In this document: positions 19,241 to 29,032 of the stretch, in pieces | Position numbering within the stretch: position 1 is the first letter of the stretch | Layout of the letters: each line of letters starts with the position of its first letter | Assembly: GCA_015055975.1 (NCBI GenBank) | Contig: SVHF01000001.1 | Coordinates: forward strand, 134,752 to 198,751 | DNA length: 64,000 nucleotides | DNA from: Clostridiales bacterium | GTDB lineage: Bacteria; Bacillota; Clostridia; Christensenellales; UBA3700 | Direction of reading: 5' to 3' | Notes under the pieces: generated by a model | What the model was told of the DNA's origin: nothing | Seen by the model: only the letters and a program-made list of their open reading frames with translations | Databases searched by the model: none | Translations under genes and position numbers: made by a program

Positions 19241-19960
19241 TTAAGCTTCTTCAAGTTTTTCAATAGATTTGATATAAGGCGTATCGCTTACAATTTTATA
19301 TAATGCTTCTGGAGTCCAAGGTTCATATGAAATTGCTTCAAGTTGAGCAATAGTTGTACCTTGTTCATCTTTTGATGTTCTAAATCTTTCTATTCTTACA
19401 ATCTTCAATAAATCATGAAGAGCAGAGATGTTATTTTCTTCACCTGCGTCAATGGTAATTTTTAATAAACAAGATTCTCTACGTTTTACATATTTACCAA
19501 CTCTATGCAAAATTAGTTGCATAGCAACTAGTAGTATTGTTGCTATAATACCAGTGATTATCATGCCAGCACCTATTGCAAGACCAATTCCGGCTGTTGC
19601 CCAAACGCCAGCAGCTGTTGTCAAACCATGTAATAGATCACGTTTGTAGAAGATAATGCCTGCGCCTAAAAAACCAATACCAGATACAACTTGAGCTGCA
19701 ATACGAGCAGAGTCAGCACCTCTAACTCCTGTTTCTGTTGCACCTAGTGGTAAATCTGCAAATGCATATTTAGATACCATCATCATTAAAGCAGCAGCAA
19801 AACATACAATAGCGTGAGTACGCATGCCTGCTTCTTTAGAACGAGCCGTTCTTTCAACACCGATTGTTAATCCGCAAAGAGCAGCGATAAATAAACGCGC
19901 TAGCCAAATTAAAACGTCGGAATTCCAATCTAAAACAAATAAGTCAATTCCTAAAATCAT
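19241..19960 (-). CDS. mgtC: MgtC/SapB family membrane protein
   Basis: GLTIGVERTARSKEAGMRTH motif, 4-5 TM helices, soluble ACT-like C-terminal domain. Confidence 0.85.
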   Translation of the reverse strand: MILGIDLFVLDWNSDVLIWLARLFIAALCGLTIGVERTARSKEAGMRTHAIVCFAAALMMMVSKYAFADLPLGATETGVRGADSARIAAQVVSGIGFLGAGIIFYKRDLLHGLTTAAGVWATAGIGLAIGAGMIITGIIATILLVAMQLILHRVGKYVKRRESCLLKITIDAGEENNISALHDLLKIVRIERFRTSKDEQGTTIAQLEAISYEPWTPEALYKIVSDTPYIKSIEKLEEA

Positions 19961-20129
19961 ATGTCGCCTCGTAATTTAAGAATACATATATTTTATTTTT
20001 AATATATATTTTTGTCAATATGCGCTTTTTACAATAACCTATATATATAACTAATCAACAACAAATATTTTAAAATCTTGAATATATTACGCGCAATATG
20101 TTAAAATATTTTAAGAAATCGAGGAAGAT

Positions 20130-20849
20130 ATGGTTACTCTTGAAGAATTAGAAAAAAATATTAATACTTGTAAGGAAAAAATTGAAGCTGCATTAATTAG
20201 AGCCAATAGAAAAGATAAAGTTATTTTAGTTGGCGCTACAAAGACTCAACCTAAAGAATTAATTCAAATGATTCAAGAACACAAACTACTTGATGTCGTA
20301 GGCGAAAACCATGTGCAAGAAATCGTTGAGAAATACGAAACAGGTGATAAATTAACCTGGCATATGATTGGGCAACTACAATCTAACAAAGTTAAGTACA
20401 TCATAGATAAAGTAGCTCTTATTCATTCTTTAGATAGAGAATCACTAGCTCAAGAAATTCAAAAGCAAGCAACAAAACATAACAAAGTTATGGATTGTTT
20501 AATTGAAATTAACATGGGGAGCGAGATTACAAAGGGTGGTATAGACAAAACAGAATTGTTTAACTTTATGCAAATGCTTCAAAAATATCCTGCAATTAGG
20601 ATTAGAGGCCTTATGAGTGTGCTTCCAAATCTTCAAGATAGACAAGCTTTAAAGCAAATGTACATTGAATTAAATGCTTTGTATGAAGAATTGAAAATTA
20701 AAGCAGATAAAAATCATCAAATAGATATTTTGTCTTGTGGTATGACAAATGACTATGAAATGGCTATAGAATATGGCGGCTCAAACATGGTAAGACTAGG
20801 GAGAGTTTTGTTTGGGGAAAGAAATTATGGAGGAACAATAAATGGATAG
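20130..20849 (+). CDS. yggS: YggS/YlmE family pyridoxal-phosphate homeostasis protein
   Basis: LVGATKTQ (PLP lysine), HMIGQLQSNKVKY, SCGMTNDYE, VRLGRVLFG. Precedes sepF, as in ylmE-ylmF. Confidence 0.9.
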   Translation: MVTLEELEKNINTCKEKIEAALIRANRKDKVILVGATKTQPKELIQMIQEHKLLDVVGENHVQEIVEKYETGDKLTWHMIGQLQSNKVKYIIDKVALIHSLDRESLAQEIQKQATKHNKVMDCLIEINMGSEITKGGIDKTELFNFMQMLQKYPAIRIRGLMSVLPNLQDRQALKQMYIELNALYEELKIKADKNHQIDILSCGMTNDYEMAIEYGGSNMVRLGRVLFGERNYGGTING

Positions 20850-21546
20850 AATGGACGGTTTTAATAACAATAATAACGATGCTTTCGATAGAAACTTCGG
20901 AAGAATTAATCCATACGCAGAAAAATATGGAACTCAAAATCCACAAGAGCCTGGATTTAATCCTCAAATGCGTCCACAACAAGATCCTCGTGTTGCTCCA
21001 AGACCACAAATGCAAACTCCATATCCACAATATACTCCTTATCAACAACCACAAATGCCACCACAACAATCACAAATGCCACCACAATTTATCCAACAAC
21101 AAGGACAAATATCTCAACAAGATTTCGAGGATCAATTTGATTATCAAAGAGCTGGCATGCAACCAATAGGCATGCAAATGCCTCCTCAACAAATGATGCC
21201 TCCACAACAAATGGTTCCACCACAACAACCTAAAAAGCGTGGTTTCTTCTCATTTATGAGTAAAAAACAAGAACCAGTTGTTCAACAACCTATGTATGCT
21301 CAACAATTTGTAAATTTACAAACACCACAAACAATTAGCGATATAAAGGGAATTATTAATATGCTAAAGGCTGGGGATACAGTTTTGGTAGATTTTGCTA
21401 AGGCTGGCGATCAACAAAGCCAAAGAATGTTAGATTTCTTAGCAGGTGCTTCTTTTGCACTAGGTGGTTTGATGCAACAAATGGGAGAAAAGAAGTTTAT
21501 ATTAACACCTCCAGGAACAGGTATTAGAGGTCAACTAGATAAATAA
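20842..21546 (+). CDS. sepF: Cell division protein SepF with a long Q/P-rich N-terminal region
   Basis: C-terminal SepF core IINMLKAGDTVLVDF...SQRMLDFLAGASFALGG...FILTPPG. Residues 1-135 are low-complexity P/Q/M repeats. Confidence 0.85.
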   Translation: MDRMDGFNNNNNDAFDRNFGRINPYAEKYGTQNPQEPGFNPQMRPQQDPRVAPRPQMQTPYPQYTPYQQPQMPPQQSQMPPQFIQQQGQISQQDFEDQFDYQRAGMQPIGMQMPPQQMMPPQQMVPPQQPKKRGFFSFMSKKQEPVVQQPMYAQQFVNLQTPQTISDIKGIINMLKAGDTVLVDFAKAGDQQSQRMLDFLAGASFALGGLMQQMGEKKFILTPPGTGIRGQLDK

Positions 21547-22112
21547 TGAAGAAGTATTTAAGATATATCCTAGAAGTATTGTTTTTCGGCGCACTAATAG
21601 GCGTAGATTTAGGAACTAAAGCAATAGTTTTTGATTTGTTTGAAAACAAATCATCTTTTGTTGTTTTGGATAAAATCTTCGCAATAACTCTAGCTAGAAA
21701 CACTGGTGCATCTTTTAGTATTTTATCTGGCAAATTAACATTTTTAACAATCATGCCAATGATAGCAATCATTGCAATTATTGCTTTGTTGATTATCCGT
21801 CCTAATCTTCCAACAAATCTAAGATTGGGAGCGATTATGATTGCGGGCGGTGCTCTTGGAAATTTAATAGATAGATTAGCTTTTGGCTATGTTCGTGATT
21901 TTATAGATTACGTATTTTTAGATACATTCTTTGGTATTAACTTCGCAATTGGAAACGTTGCAGATCTGTTCTTATTGATGGGCGTTATAATGCTTATCGT
22001 TTATATAATCTTTGAATTTAAAGATGAAGATTTTTATTCTAAAAAGAAGTTAGCAAAACTTCATGCCGAAGAAGTTAGAGACGAATTATATTCAAACGAT
22101 AACGAGGCATAA
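21546..22112 (+). CDS. lspA: Lipoprotein signal peptidase II
   Basis: ARNTGASFS, GGALGNLIDR, GYVRDFIDY, FAIGNVADL motifs. Confidence 0.92.
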   Translation: MKKYLRYILEVLFFGALIGVDLGTKAIVFDLFENKSSFVVLDKIFAITLARNTGASFSILSGKLTFLTIMPMIAIIAIIALLIIRPNLPTNLRLGAIMIAGGALGNLIDRLAFGYVRDFIDYVFLDTFFGINFAIGNVADLFLLMGVIMLIVYIIFEFKDEDFYSKKKLAKLHAEEVRDELYSNDNEA

Positions 22113-22113
22113 C

Positions 22114-23028
22114 ATGGAGACAAGAACAATAGTTGTTTCTCCTGAAGATGCTAAAAAGAGAATAGATATCTTCTTGAATGAAGAATTAGATTTATCTCGT
22201 TCATATATTAAAACTCTAATTGAAAAACAAAACATTTTAGTTAATTCTCAGGAGATTAAAAAGGCTGGATATGTTGTCAAAGACAACGATGTTATTACAA
22301 TAACCATTCCAGAGGCCGAAATCCTTAATTTAGAGCCCGAAAATATAGATATCGACATAATTTACGAAGACGATGATTTTGCCGTTATAAATAAGCCTCA
22401 GGGGATGGTAGTTCATCCAGCGCCTGGTGCATATGAACACACGCTTGTTAATGCGCTTTTATATCATCTTAAAAACCTTAGTGATATAAATGGTGTTGTA
22501 AGGCCGGGAATCGTTCATAGATTAGATAAAGATACATCTGGTCTTATTGTCGTTGCAAAGAACAATGAAGCTCATTTGGATTTGCAAGAACAAATTGCTA
22601 CAAAAGCAGCAAAAAGATATTACAAGGCACTAGTTGATGGAATTGTTAAAAAAGATGAAGGCGTTATAAATACGCTTATAGATAGATCTAAAAAAGATAG
22701 AAAAATGATGGCGGTATCTAATGATACAGGTCGTATTGCTATAACACATTTTAAAGTACTAGAAAGATTTAGAAATTATACATTTATGGAATATGAATTA
22801 AAAACGGGTAGAACTCATCAAATAAGAGTACATTCAAAATTCATTGGACATCCAGTTGTTGGAGATCCAGTTTATGGTGGTTCTAACAAGTTTAATTTAA
22901 ATGGGCAATTGCTTCATGCATTCAAGCTTGAACTTACTCATCCAAGAACAAAAGAGCACATGGAATTTTTTGCGCCTCTTCCTAAATATTTTGAAGATGT
23001 GTTGGATAAATTAAGAGAAAAACAATAA
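22114..23028 (+). CDS. rluD: RluA-family 23S rRNA pseudouridine synthase (RluD-like)
   Basis: S4 domain (KRIDIFL), HRLDKDTSGLIVVAKN catalytic motif, TGRTHQIRVH. ATG 22114 follows the lspA stop. Confidence 0.9.
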   Translation: METRTIVVSPEDAKKRIDIFLNEELDLSRSYIKTLIEKQNILVNSQEIKKAGYVVKDNDVITITIPEAEILNLEPENIDIDIIYEDDDFAVINKPQGMVVHPAPGAYEHTLVNALLYHLKNLSDINGVVRPGIVHRLDKDTSGLIVVAKNNEAHLDLQEQIATKAAKRYYKALVDGIVKKDEGVINTLIDRSKKDRKMMAVSNDTGRIAITHFKVLERFRNYTFMEYELKTGRTHQIRVHSKFIGHPVVGDPVYGGSNKFNLNGQLLHAFKLELTHPRTKEHMEFFAPLPKYFEDVLDKLREKQ

Positions 23029-24750
23029 TTATTTTAAATACTCTTTGTGATCAAGAGGCATTACATTTGCAGTTTTGTATACTTCGTATAATACCATTCC
23101 AGGGTTCTTATTTGGGTGACGTTTTACGTTCTTTCTTTGAGTATAATCTACTTCAACTTTAGAATTGTTATCACAATCTGAATAATATGCACAAACTTCA
23201 GCTGCAAACTTTATAACATCGTCGTTTATTTCGTTTCCTTCTAAGCAGATAATTGTGTGGCTTCCATGGAAAGCTTTTGTGTGTAGCCAAATATCTCCAC
23301 CATTTGCGATTTTAAATGTTAATTTATCATTTTGAAGATTATTCTTTCCAACATATATATTGAATCCTTTATATAGATAGTGAATAGGTGGTGCTTCAAC
23401 AGGCTTTTTATTTCCTTTTTGACGATGCGCTTTAAGCGCTCCGATATTTTCGAGTTCGCGTTGTAGTTCTAAGATTTCTTGTGGAGTATTAGCACGTGAA
23501 ATATATGGTTCTATTGTAGATAGATAATCCATTGTTTCTGTTAATTCTTTAATTTGCTCAAGAGCTATTTCTTCTGTATGCTTTAATTTATTGTATTTTT
23601 TAAAGAACGCTTGTGCATTTTGTTGAGGAGATAAAGTTTCATCTAAAGATATTGTTACATCTGGCATAGATTCTTCATAATAATTTTGAAGTGTAACTTT
23701 TGAATCTCCCTTGTTTATTCTATATAAATTTGCAAGAATTAATTCTCCATATATTCTATATGTTTCTTTAGAAGAGCTTTCTGCTAATCTTTGATTAGAT
23801 TTTTCTAAACGCTTTTTGCATTTTGATAAGAATGCGTTATATGCTTTTTGGAGATATTTAGTCTTTTCTTGTTGACGCATAATATCGTCTTTTTGCATTA
23901 AGCAATTTTCTATAGCGTTATTTAATGTTTCGTATTTTCTATATTCAGATATTGTTGCATATTTTGTAACATAAAAATCTTGTGGATTTCCATTAACAAT
24001 AGATACACAAGGCATGAATAAAGATGATTGATAGATGTTATCAAAAGTTGCTATGGCATCTAATATTTTGTTTATATCTTCATTTGTTAAATCTTGTTTT
24101 GTATCATCAATTGAAGCTACATGTACAATTTCTTGAGCAGTAGATTTTGCAATACCAGAAATATTGTTCGCAAGACATGTAGATATAGATGTGCCTGAAT
24201 AGTTATTTAGCAAAGCTAAAATCTTATCTTTTTCAGAAAGTTTTATCTTTGGTTGTTCTGGAACAATATATTTTGCAGATGGAACTAGTGTTCTTTTAGT
24301 CATAACATCAAATGGCACTTGCTTTAGAGCATCGGTTATGATGTCTTTATCGTTTACCATAATAATGTTTGAATATCTTCCCATCATTTCTGTTATCAAT
24401 TTAAAAGAAACAGTATCTCGCATTTCGTTTTTAGATAGAACTTCAATAACAATAATTCTATCTTCATTTAATGTATAAATATCTTGAATGTTTCCGTTTT
24501 GAAGATATTTTCTTAAATGCATACAAAATGCAGGAGCTGTTATTGGGGAAATCTTCTTTTGGTGTGTCAAATGGATCTTTGGATTTGATGCATTACAAGA
24601 AATAGCAAGAGTGTAGTTCTTGTTATTTGCGCGAATCATTAGATTAACTTCATCTTTTTCAGGCATCGTAACTTTGTCGATTTTTCCGCCCTTTAAGAAG
24701 TTATCTAACTCTTTTGTTAATGCTTTTATAGTTATATAATCATTTGGCAT
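23029..24750 (-). CDS. rqcH: Ribosome quality control factor RqcH (NFACT / FbpA family)
   Basis: NFACT-N (LKGGKIDKV, MGRYSNIIMV), central coiled coil, NFACT-R (IWLHTKAFHGSHTII). Start at ATG 24750 (MPNDYI). Confidence 0.85.
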   Translation of the reverse strand: MPNDYITIKALTKELDNFLKGGKIDKVTMPEKDEVNLMIRANNKNYTLAISCNASNPKIHLTHQKKISPITAPAFCMHLRKYLQNGNIQDIYTLNEDRIIVIEVLSKNEMRDTVSFKLITEMMGRYSNIIMVNDKDIITDALKQVPFDVMTKRTLVPSAKYIVPEQPKIKLSEKDKILALLNNYSGTSISTCLANNISGIAKSTAQEIVHVASIDDTKQDLTNEDINKILDAIATFDNIYQSSLFMPCVSIVNGNPQDFYVTKYATISEYRKYETLNNAIENCLMQKDDIMRQQEKTKYLQKAYNAFLSKCKKRLEKSNQRLAESSSKETYRIYGELILANLYRINKGDSKVTLQNYYEESMPDVTISLDETLSPQQNAQAFFKKYNKLKHTEEIALEQIKELTETMDYLSTIEPYISRANTPQEILELQRELENIGALKAHRQKGNKKPVEAPPIHYLYKGFNIYVGKNNLQNDKLTFKIANGGDIWLHTKAFHGSHTIICLEGNEINDDVIKFAAEVCAYYSDCDNNSKVEVDYTQRKNVKRHPNKNPGMVLYEVYKTANVMPLDHKEYLK

Positions 24751-24795
24751 AGATTTATTATAACAAATTATAATAATATGTGCTAAAATATTGAT

Positions 24796-25947
24796 ATGCA
24801 TTTAGTAGATTATGTTTTATCTGTATCAACAAAGACCTTTTCACAATTACCATTCAACGAAGTTGATGCATTGGTATTTGCGCAAATTTCATATTATGAT
24901 TATTCAGTATTTGAAGATGGGATTTCATTTGAAGAAATAAGAGGACACAAGAATCTATTTAAAGCAACAGATTTGAAAAATCTTATTGGCAAAGAGGATG
25001 AAAAATTATTCAATGTAGTAATAGGATCTAGAAGATACGAAAAAACAATTGTTAAAAATCATAAACATATATTAGACCAATCTATACCAACTCAATTTTG
25101 TGCAACAACCTTTATTAATAAAAAGAAAGCAATTATTGCATATAGAGGAACAGATGGCACAGTTATTGGTTGGAATGAAGATATGAATATGACATATCAA
25201 TTTCCAATTGAAGGACAAGTTCTAGCTCAAAAATATATCAATAAAGTTTTGCCAGAATTAAAATCATACGATGTTAAAGTTGTTGGCCACTCAAAGGGTG
25301 GTAATCTTGCTATTTATGCATCAGTTATGGCTAATAAAAAATATCAAGATCTTATATCTGGTGTATACAATTTTGATGGTCCAGGATTTGTAGAAGCATT
25401 TTATGCTTTAGATGCTTTTAGTGCTATAAAGGATAGAATTCACAAATTCGTTCCTGTTCAATCAACTGTTGGAAAGATGATGTTAAACCAAGGCAACTAT
25501 AAAGTTGTTAAATCGGATAAAGCTCGAGCAATGCAGCACTGGGCGCATTCTTGGCTTATAGATGGAACACATTTTGATTATGCGGATGAAACTGACTTTT
25601 TCTCAGCATCAGCAGAAGCTGCAACAGATAATGTGCTTGTTAGTATGACTAAAGAAGAAAGAAGAGATGCCGTGACTGAAATGTTTAACATATTATATAG
25701 TACAGAATGTCATTACATGGACGATATTATTAAAAACATGGATGGCATATTGTATTGTTTAAAAGAATATATTGGCTTAAAAGAAAGAGGCGCTAATGTT
25801 AAAAAGCTATTTTTAGAACTTGTTAAGCCAATGGTTCAATCTTACTATCAAAAAGAAAAAGATATTGCTACTGCAAAATTTTCAGAGAAGAAAGATGAAT
25901 TGGTCGAAAAAGTTAAGAACTTTTTCAAAAAAGACGAAAACAACTAG
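24796..25947 (+). CDS. Mbeg1-like/DUF2974 alpha/beta-hydrolase-fold protein
   Basis: PFNEVDALVFAQISY N-terminus, AYRGTDGT, nucleophile elbow VVGHSKGGNLA. Confidence 0.7.
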   Translation: MHLVDYVLSVSTKTFSQLPFNEVDALVFAQISYYDYSVFEDGISFEEIRGHKNLFKATDLKNLIGKEDEKLFNVVIGSRRYEKTIVKNHKHILDQSIPTQFCATTFINKKKAIIAYRGTDGTVIGWNEDMNMTYQFPIEGQVLAQKYINKVLPELKSYDVKVVGHSKGGNLAIYASVMANKKYQDLISGVYNFDGPGFVEAFYALDAFSAIKDRIHKFVPVQSTVGKMMLNQGNYKVVKSDKARAMQHWAHSWLIDGTHFDYADETDFFSASAEAATDNVLVSMTKEERRDAVTEMFNILYSTECHYMDDIIKNMDGILYCLKEYIGLKERGANVKKLFLELVKPMVQSYYQKEKDIATAKFSEKKDELVEKVKNFFKKDENN

Positions 25948-25982
25948 AACACGCACAAAACTATCTATATTGGAGGGTTATT

Positions 25983-26912
25983 ATGGAATTAAACGGAAAG
26001 AAGATTCCAAATGTTATGGTTGGAACTTGGGCGTGGGGCTCAGGACTTGCTGGTTCAAGATTTATTTTTGGTAAAACTTACGATGCTCAAACACTAAAAG
26101 ATACTTTTAATGAAGCATACAATGCTGGATTAACATTTTTTGATACAGCTATGGTTTATGGTGCAGGAAGTTCAGAAAAGTTGTTAGGAGAGTGCATAAA
26201 AGGTAAAGATGTATTTGTTGCTACAAAGCACATGCCAAATATGACATATACATATGGTGAAGCAAAAGAAGGGCTTAGAAAATCACTTGAAAATTTGGGT
26301 AGAGATTATGTTGATTTATACTGGGTTCATAGACCAAAACAATTAGTAAAAACCCTTGAAGAATTAGCAGAATGCGTAAAGGAAGGAAAGGTTAAATCAA
26401 TAGGTGTTTCTAACGTTACTTTAGAGCAATTAATCGAAGCTCGTGAAACACTTAAAAAATATGATTTAGACGTTGCTGCAGTTCAAAATCACTATAGCTT
26501 ATTAACCTTCAAAGATGAGGCTGAAGTGCTTGAATATTGTAAAAAACACAATATTTTATATTGTGCATACATGGTTTTGGAACAAGGTGCGCTATCTGGA
26601 CACTACAACGAAAAGCATCATTTTAAGTTGTTTACAACACGTGGTTTTCAATTTAAGAAAAAGCAATTTAAACAAATTGGAGCACTACTTGGATATATAC
26701 AAATTTTGGCTCAAAAGTACGAAATTGATACATCTCAAGTTGCAATTGCTTGGGCTATAGCAAAGGGAGCAATTCCTATCGTTGGATTGACAAAGCCATC
26801 TCATGCAAAAGCGCTTGCAAAAGGCTGTACGGTAAAGCTTGAAGATATAGAAGTTGAAGAGCTTGAAAGATTAGCTGTTGAATCTGGTGTAGGTCCAATT
26901 ATTTATACTTAA
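25983..26912 (+). CDS. Aldo/keto reductase
   Basis: GTWAWG, FFDTAMVYG, VDLYWVHRP, IGVSN motifs. Confidence 0.88.
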   Translation: MELNGKKIPNVMVGTWAWGSGLAGSRFIFGKTYDAQTLKDTFNEAYNAGLTFFDTAMVYGAGSSEKLLGECIKGKDVFVATKHMPNMTYTYGEAKEGLRKSLENLGRDYVDLYWVHRPKQLVKTLEELAECVKEGKVKSIGVSNVTLEQLIEARETLKKYDLDVAAVQNHYSLLTFKDEAEVLEYCKKHNILYCAYMVLEQGALSGHYNEKHHFKLFTTRGFQFKKKQFKQIGALLGYIQILAQKYEIDTSQVAIAWAIAKGAIPIVGLTKPSHAKALAKGCTVKLEDIEVEELERLAVESGVGPIIYT

Positions 26913-27028
26913 TACCATACTAAAAATTATATTTTTAATAATTTGCATATTTCGTTTTGCAAATTGCTTGCTCTATGCTAAAATATTACACGTTAATTAT
27001 TTATATATAAAATCTAAGGAGATTAGAC

Positions 27029-28315
27029 ATGAGTTACACAAAAGAATTGTTAGAAAAAGATCAAGTTAAATTAACATTTGACGTTCCAGAAGCTGATTGG
27101 AAAGCAGCTCTAGATGAATCTTTTAACAAAAACAAGAACAAGTTTTCTGTAGAAGGTTTCCGTAAGGGTCACGTTCCAAGAAAGGTAGTAGAAAGAGTTT
27201 ATGGTATCGGAGTATTATTTGATGATGCTTTAGATATCGCTATGCAAAAAGAATATGAAGCTGCTTTAGAAGCAGAAAAAGATATTATTCCAGTAGATCA
27301 ACCAGAAGTTCAAATCACAGCAATTTCTGATGCTACTTTAAAGTTCACAGCTGTTATTCAAAACGAGCCAACAGTAAAGCTAGGTGCTTTCACAGGATTA
27401 GAATTCAAGAAAGACAAGGTTAAGGTTACAGCAACTGAAATCAAAGCTGAAGTAGACAAGGCTATTGAACAAGCTGGTGCTTGGGAAGATATTAAAGATA
27501 GAGCTTGCGAAAAGGGTGATAAGGTTATCATCGACTATTCAGGTTCAATCGATGGAGTTAAATTCGATGGTGGTACAGCTGAAAAGCAACCACTTGAGTT
27601 AGGTTCTAACACATTCATCCCAGGATTTGAAGATCAAGTTGTTGGTATGAACATCGGTGATGAGAAAGATATTACAGTTAAGTTCCCAGAAGATTATGGC
27701 GCTAAAGAACTTGCAGGAAAAGAAGCTGTATTTGCAATCAAATTACATGAAATTTCTCATAAGAACACTCCAGCATATGATGATGAATTCGTAAAGGATG
27801 TTTCAGAATTTAACACAGTTAAAGAATATGAAGCAGACATCAAGAAGCACATCACAGAAGAAAAGGAAAAGCAAGCTGAACAAAAGCTAGAAAATGATAT
27901 GATCGAAAAGATCGCATCTTTAGCTACAGTTGATGTTCCAGAATGCATGATTAAGAACCAAGCTGCTGATATGGTTAACGAATTCGAATATGGTTTAATG
28001 TACAGAGGTCTAAAGGCTGAAGATTACTACAAGTACATGAACACATCTAAAGAAAAGTTAATGGAACAATATCATGACACAGCTAAGAAGAACGTTTTAT
28101 ATAGATTAGTTTTAAAGGCTATAATGAAGCAAGTTGAAATCCCAGTTTCTGACGAAGATATCGACGAAGCAATCGCTAAGATGGCTGAAGATGCTAAGAT
28201 GCCAGTTGAAGACTTTAAGAAGAACGTTAACGAAGAGTATAAGAACTATATTCGTAACGATATCATCACAACAAAATTATTTGATTACTTAAAGAACAAC
28301 AACACAATTAACTAA
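27029..28315 (+). CDS. tig: Trigger factor
   Basis: 428 aa. EGFRKGHVPRKVVE ribosome-binding loop, FKBP domain (IDYSGSIDGVKFDGG). Precedes clpP-clpX. Confidence 0.95.
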   Translation: MSYTKELLEKDQVKLTFDVPEADWKAALDESFNKNKNKFSVEGFRKGHVPRKVVERVYGIGVLFDDALDIAMQKEYEAALEAEKDIIPVDQPEVQITAISDATLKFTAVIQNEPTVKLGAFTGLEFKKDKVKVTATEIKAEVDKAIEQAGAWEDIKDRACEKGDKVIIDYSGSIDGVKFDGGTAEKQPLELGSNTFIPGFEDQVVGMNIGDEKDITVKFPEDYGAKELAGKEAVFAIKLHEISHKNTPAYDDEFVKDVSEFNTVKEYEADIKKHITEEKEKQAEQKLENDMIEKIASLATVDVPECMIKNQAADMVNEFEYGLMYRGLKAEDYYKYMNTSKEKLMEQYHDTAKKNVLYRLVLKAIMKQVEIPVSDEDIDEAIAKMAEDAKMPVEDFKKNVNEEYKNYIRNDIITTKLFDYLKNNNTIN

Positions 28316-28340
28316 TCAATATTTGTCTAAGTGTGACAAA

Positions 28341-28385
28341 AGCGCCTTCTTATTTTATAAAATATTTAGGCGCTATTTTATTTTT
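28341..28385 (+). terminator. Probable terminator after tig
   Basis: AGCGCCT / AGGCGCT 7 bp stem with a 20 nt loop, followed by a T-rich run. Confidence 0.5.
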
Positions 28386-28432
28386 AATATAAAAAGTGTA
28401 TAATAATTGAACAATGCAAGGAGGATATTAAA

Positions 28433-29029
28433 ATGAACGAGAAAAATAGTGCATTAATTCCATACGTTGTCGAGAAGACTAGCGCAGGCGAAAGATCATA
28501 CGATCTTTATTCAAGATTATTAGAGGACAGAATCATCTTTTTATCTGGAGAAATTGATGATGCTTTAGCAAACACAGTTGTTGCTGAATTATTATTCCTA
28601 GAAAGCAAAGATTCAGATAAGGATATCGTATTATATATTAACTCACCAGGCGGAAGTGTAACTGCTGGTATGGCAATCTACGATACAATGAACTTCATTA
28701 AGTGTGATGTATCAACAGTTTGTATCGGTATGGCTGCATCAATGGCTGCATTCTTATTATCATCTGGTAAGAAGGGTAAGAGATATTGCTTACCAAATTC
28801 TGAAGTTATGATTCACCAACCATTAGGTGGAGCTCAAGGACAAGCTTCAGATATTATGATTACAGCAAATCATATCCAAAAGATTAAAGAAAAGATGACA
28901 AAGATATTAGCTGAAAATACAAATCAACCATATGAAAAAGTATTAGCTGATACAGATAGAGATAATTACCTATCTGCTCAAGAAGCTTTAGAATATGGAA
29001 TTATTGATAAAGTATACGACAAGAGGTAG
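28433..29029 (+). CDS. clpP: ATP-dependent Clp protease proteolytic subunit
   Basis: [19 protein letters not shown] (catalytic Ser), MIHQPLGG (His). Confidence 0.97.
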   Translation: MNEKNSALIPYVVEKTSAGERSYDLYSRLLEDRIIFLSGEIDDALANTVVAELLFLESKDSDKDIVLYINSPGGSVTAGMAIYDTMNFIKCDVSTVCIGMAASMAAFLLSSGKKGKRYCLPNSEVMIHQPLGGAQGQASDIMITANHIQKIKEKMTKILAENTNQPYEKVLADTDRDNYLSAQEALEYGIIDKVYDKR

Positions 29030-29032
29030 TAA

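Noticed and set aside
19961-20129. Looked for an M-box (Mg riboswitch) upstream of mgtC, and for T-box leaders upstream of the his and arg operons.
   Set aside because: The regions are short, very AT-rich, and lack the conserved GC-rich cores of those riboswitches.
20764-21169. ORFs 20764-21069 (-) and 20879-21169 (+) overlapping sepF. Likewise 37642-37839 (+) and 36751-36966 (-) in ftsZ, and 33780-34199 (-) in the N/Q/Y-rich gene.
   Set aside because: They are generated by the CAA/CCA repeat DNA of Q/P-rich coding segments. The annotated frames carry recognisable conserved domains.
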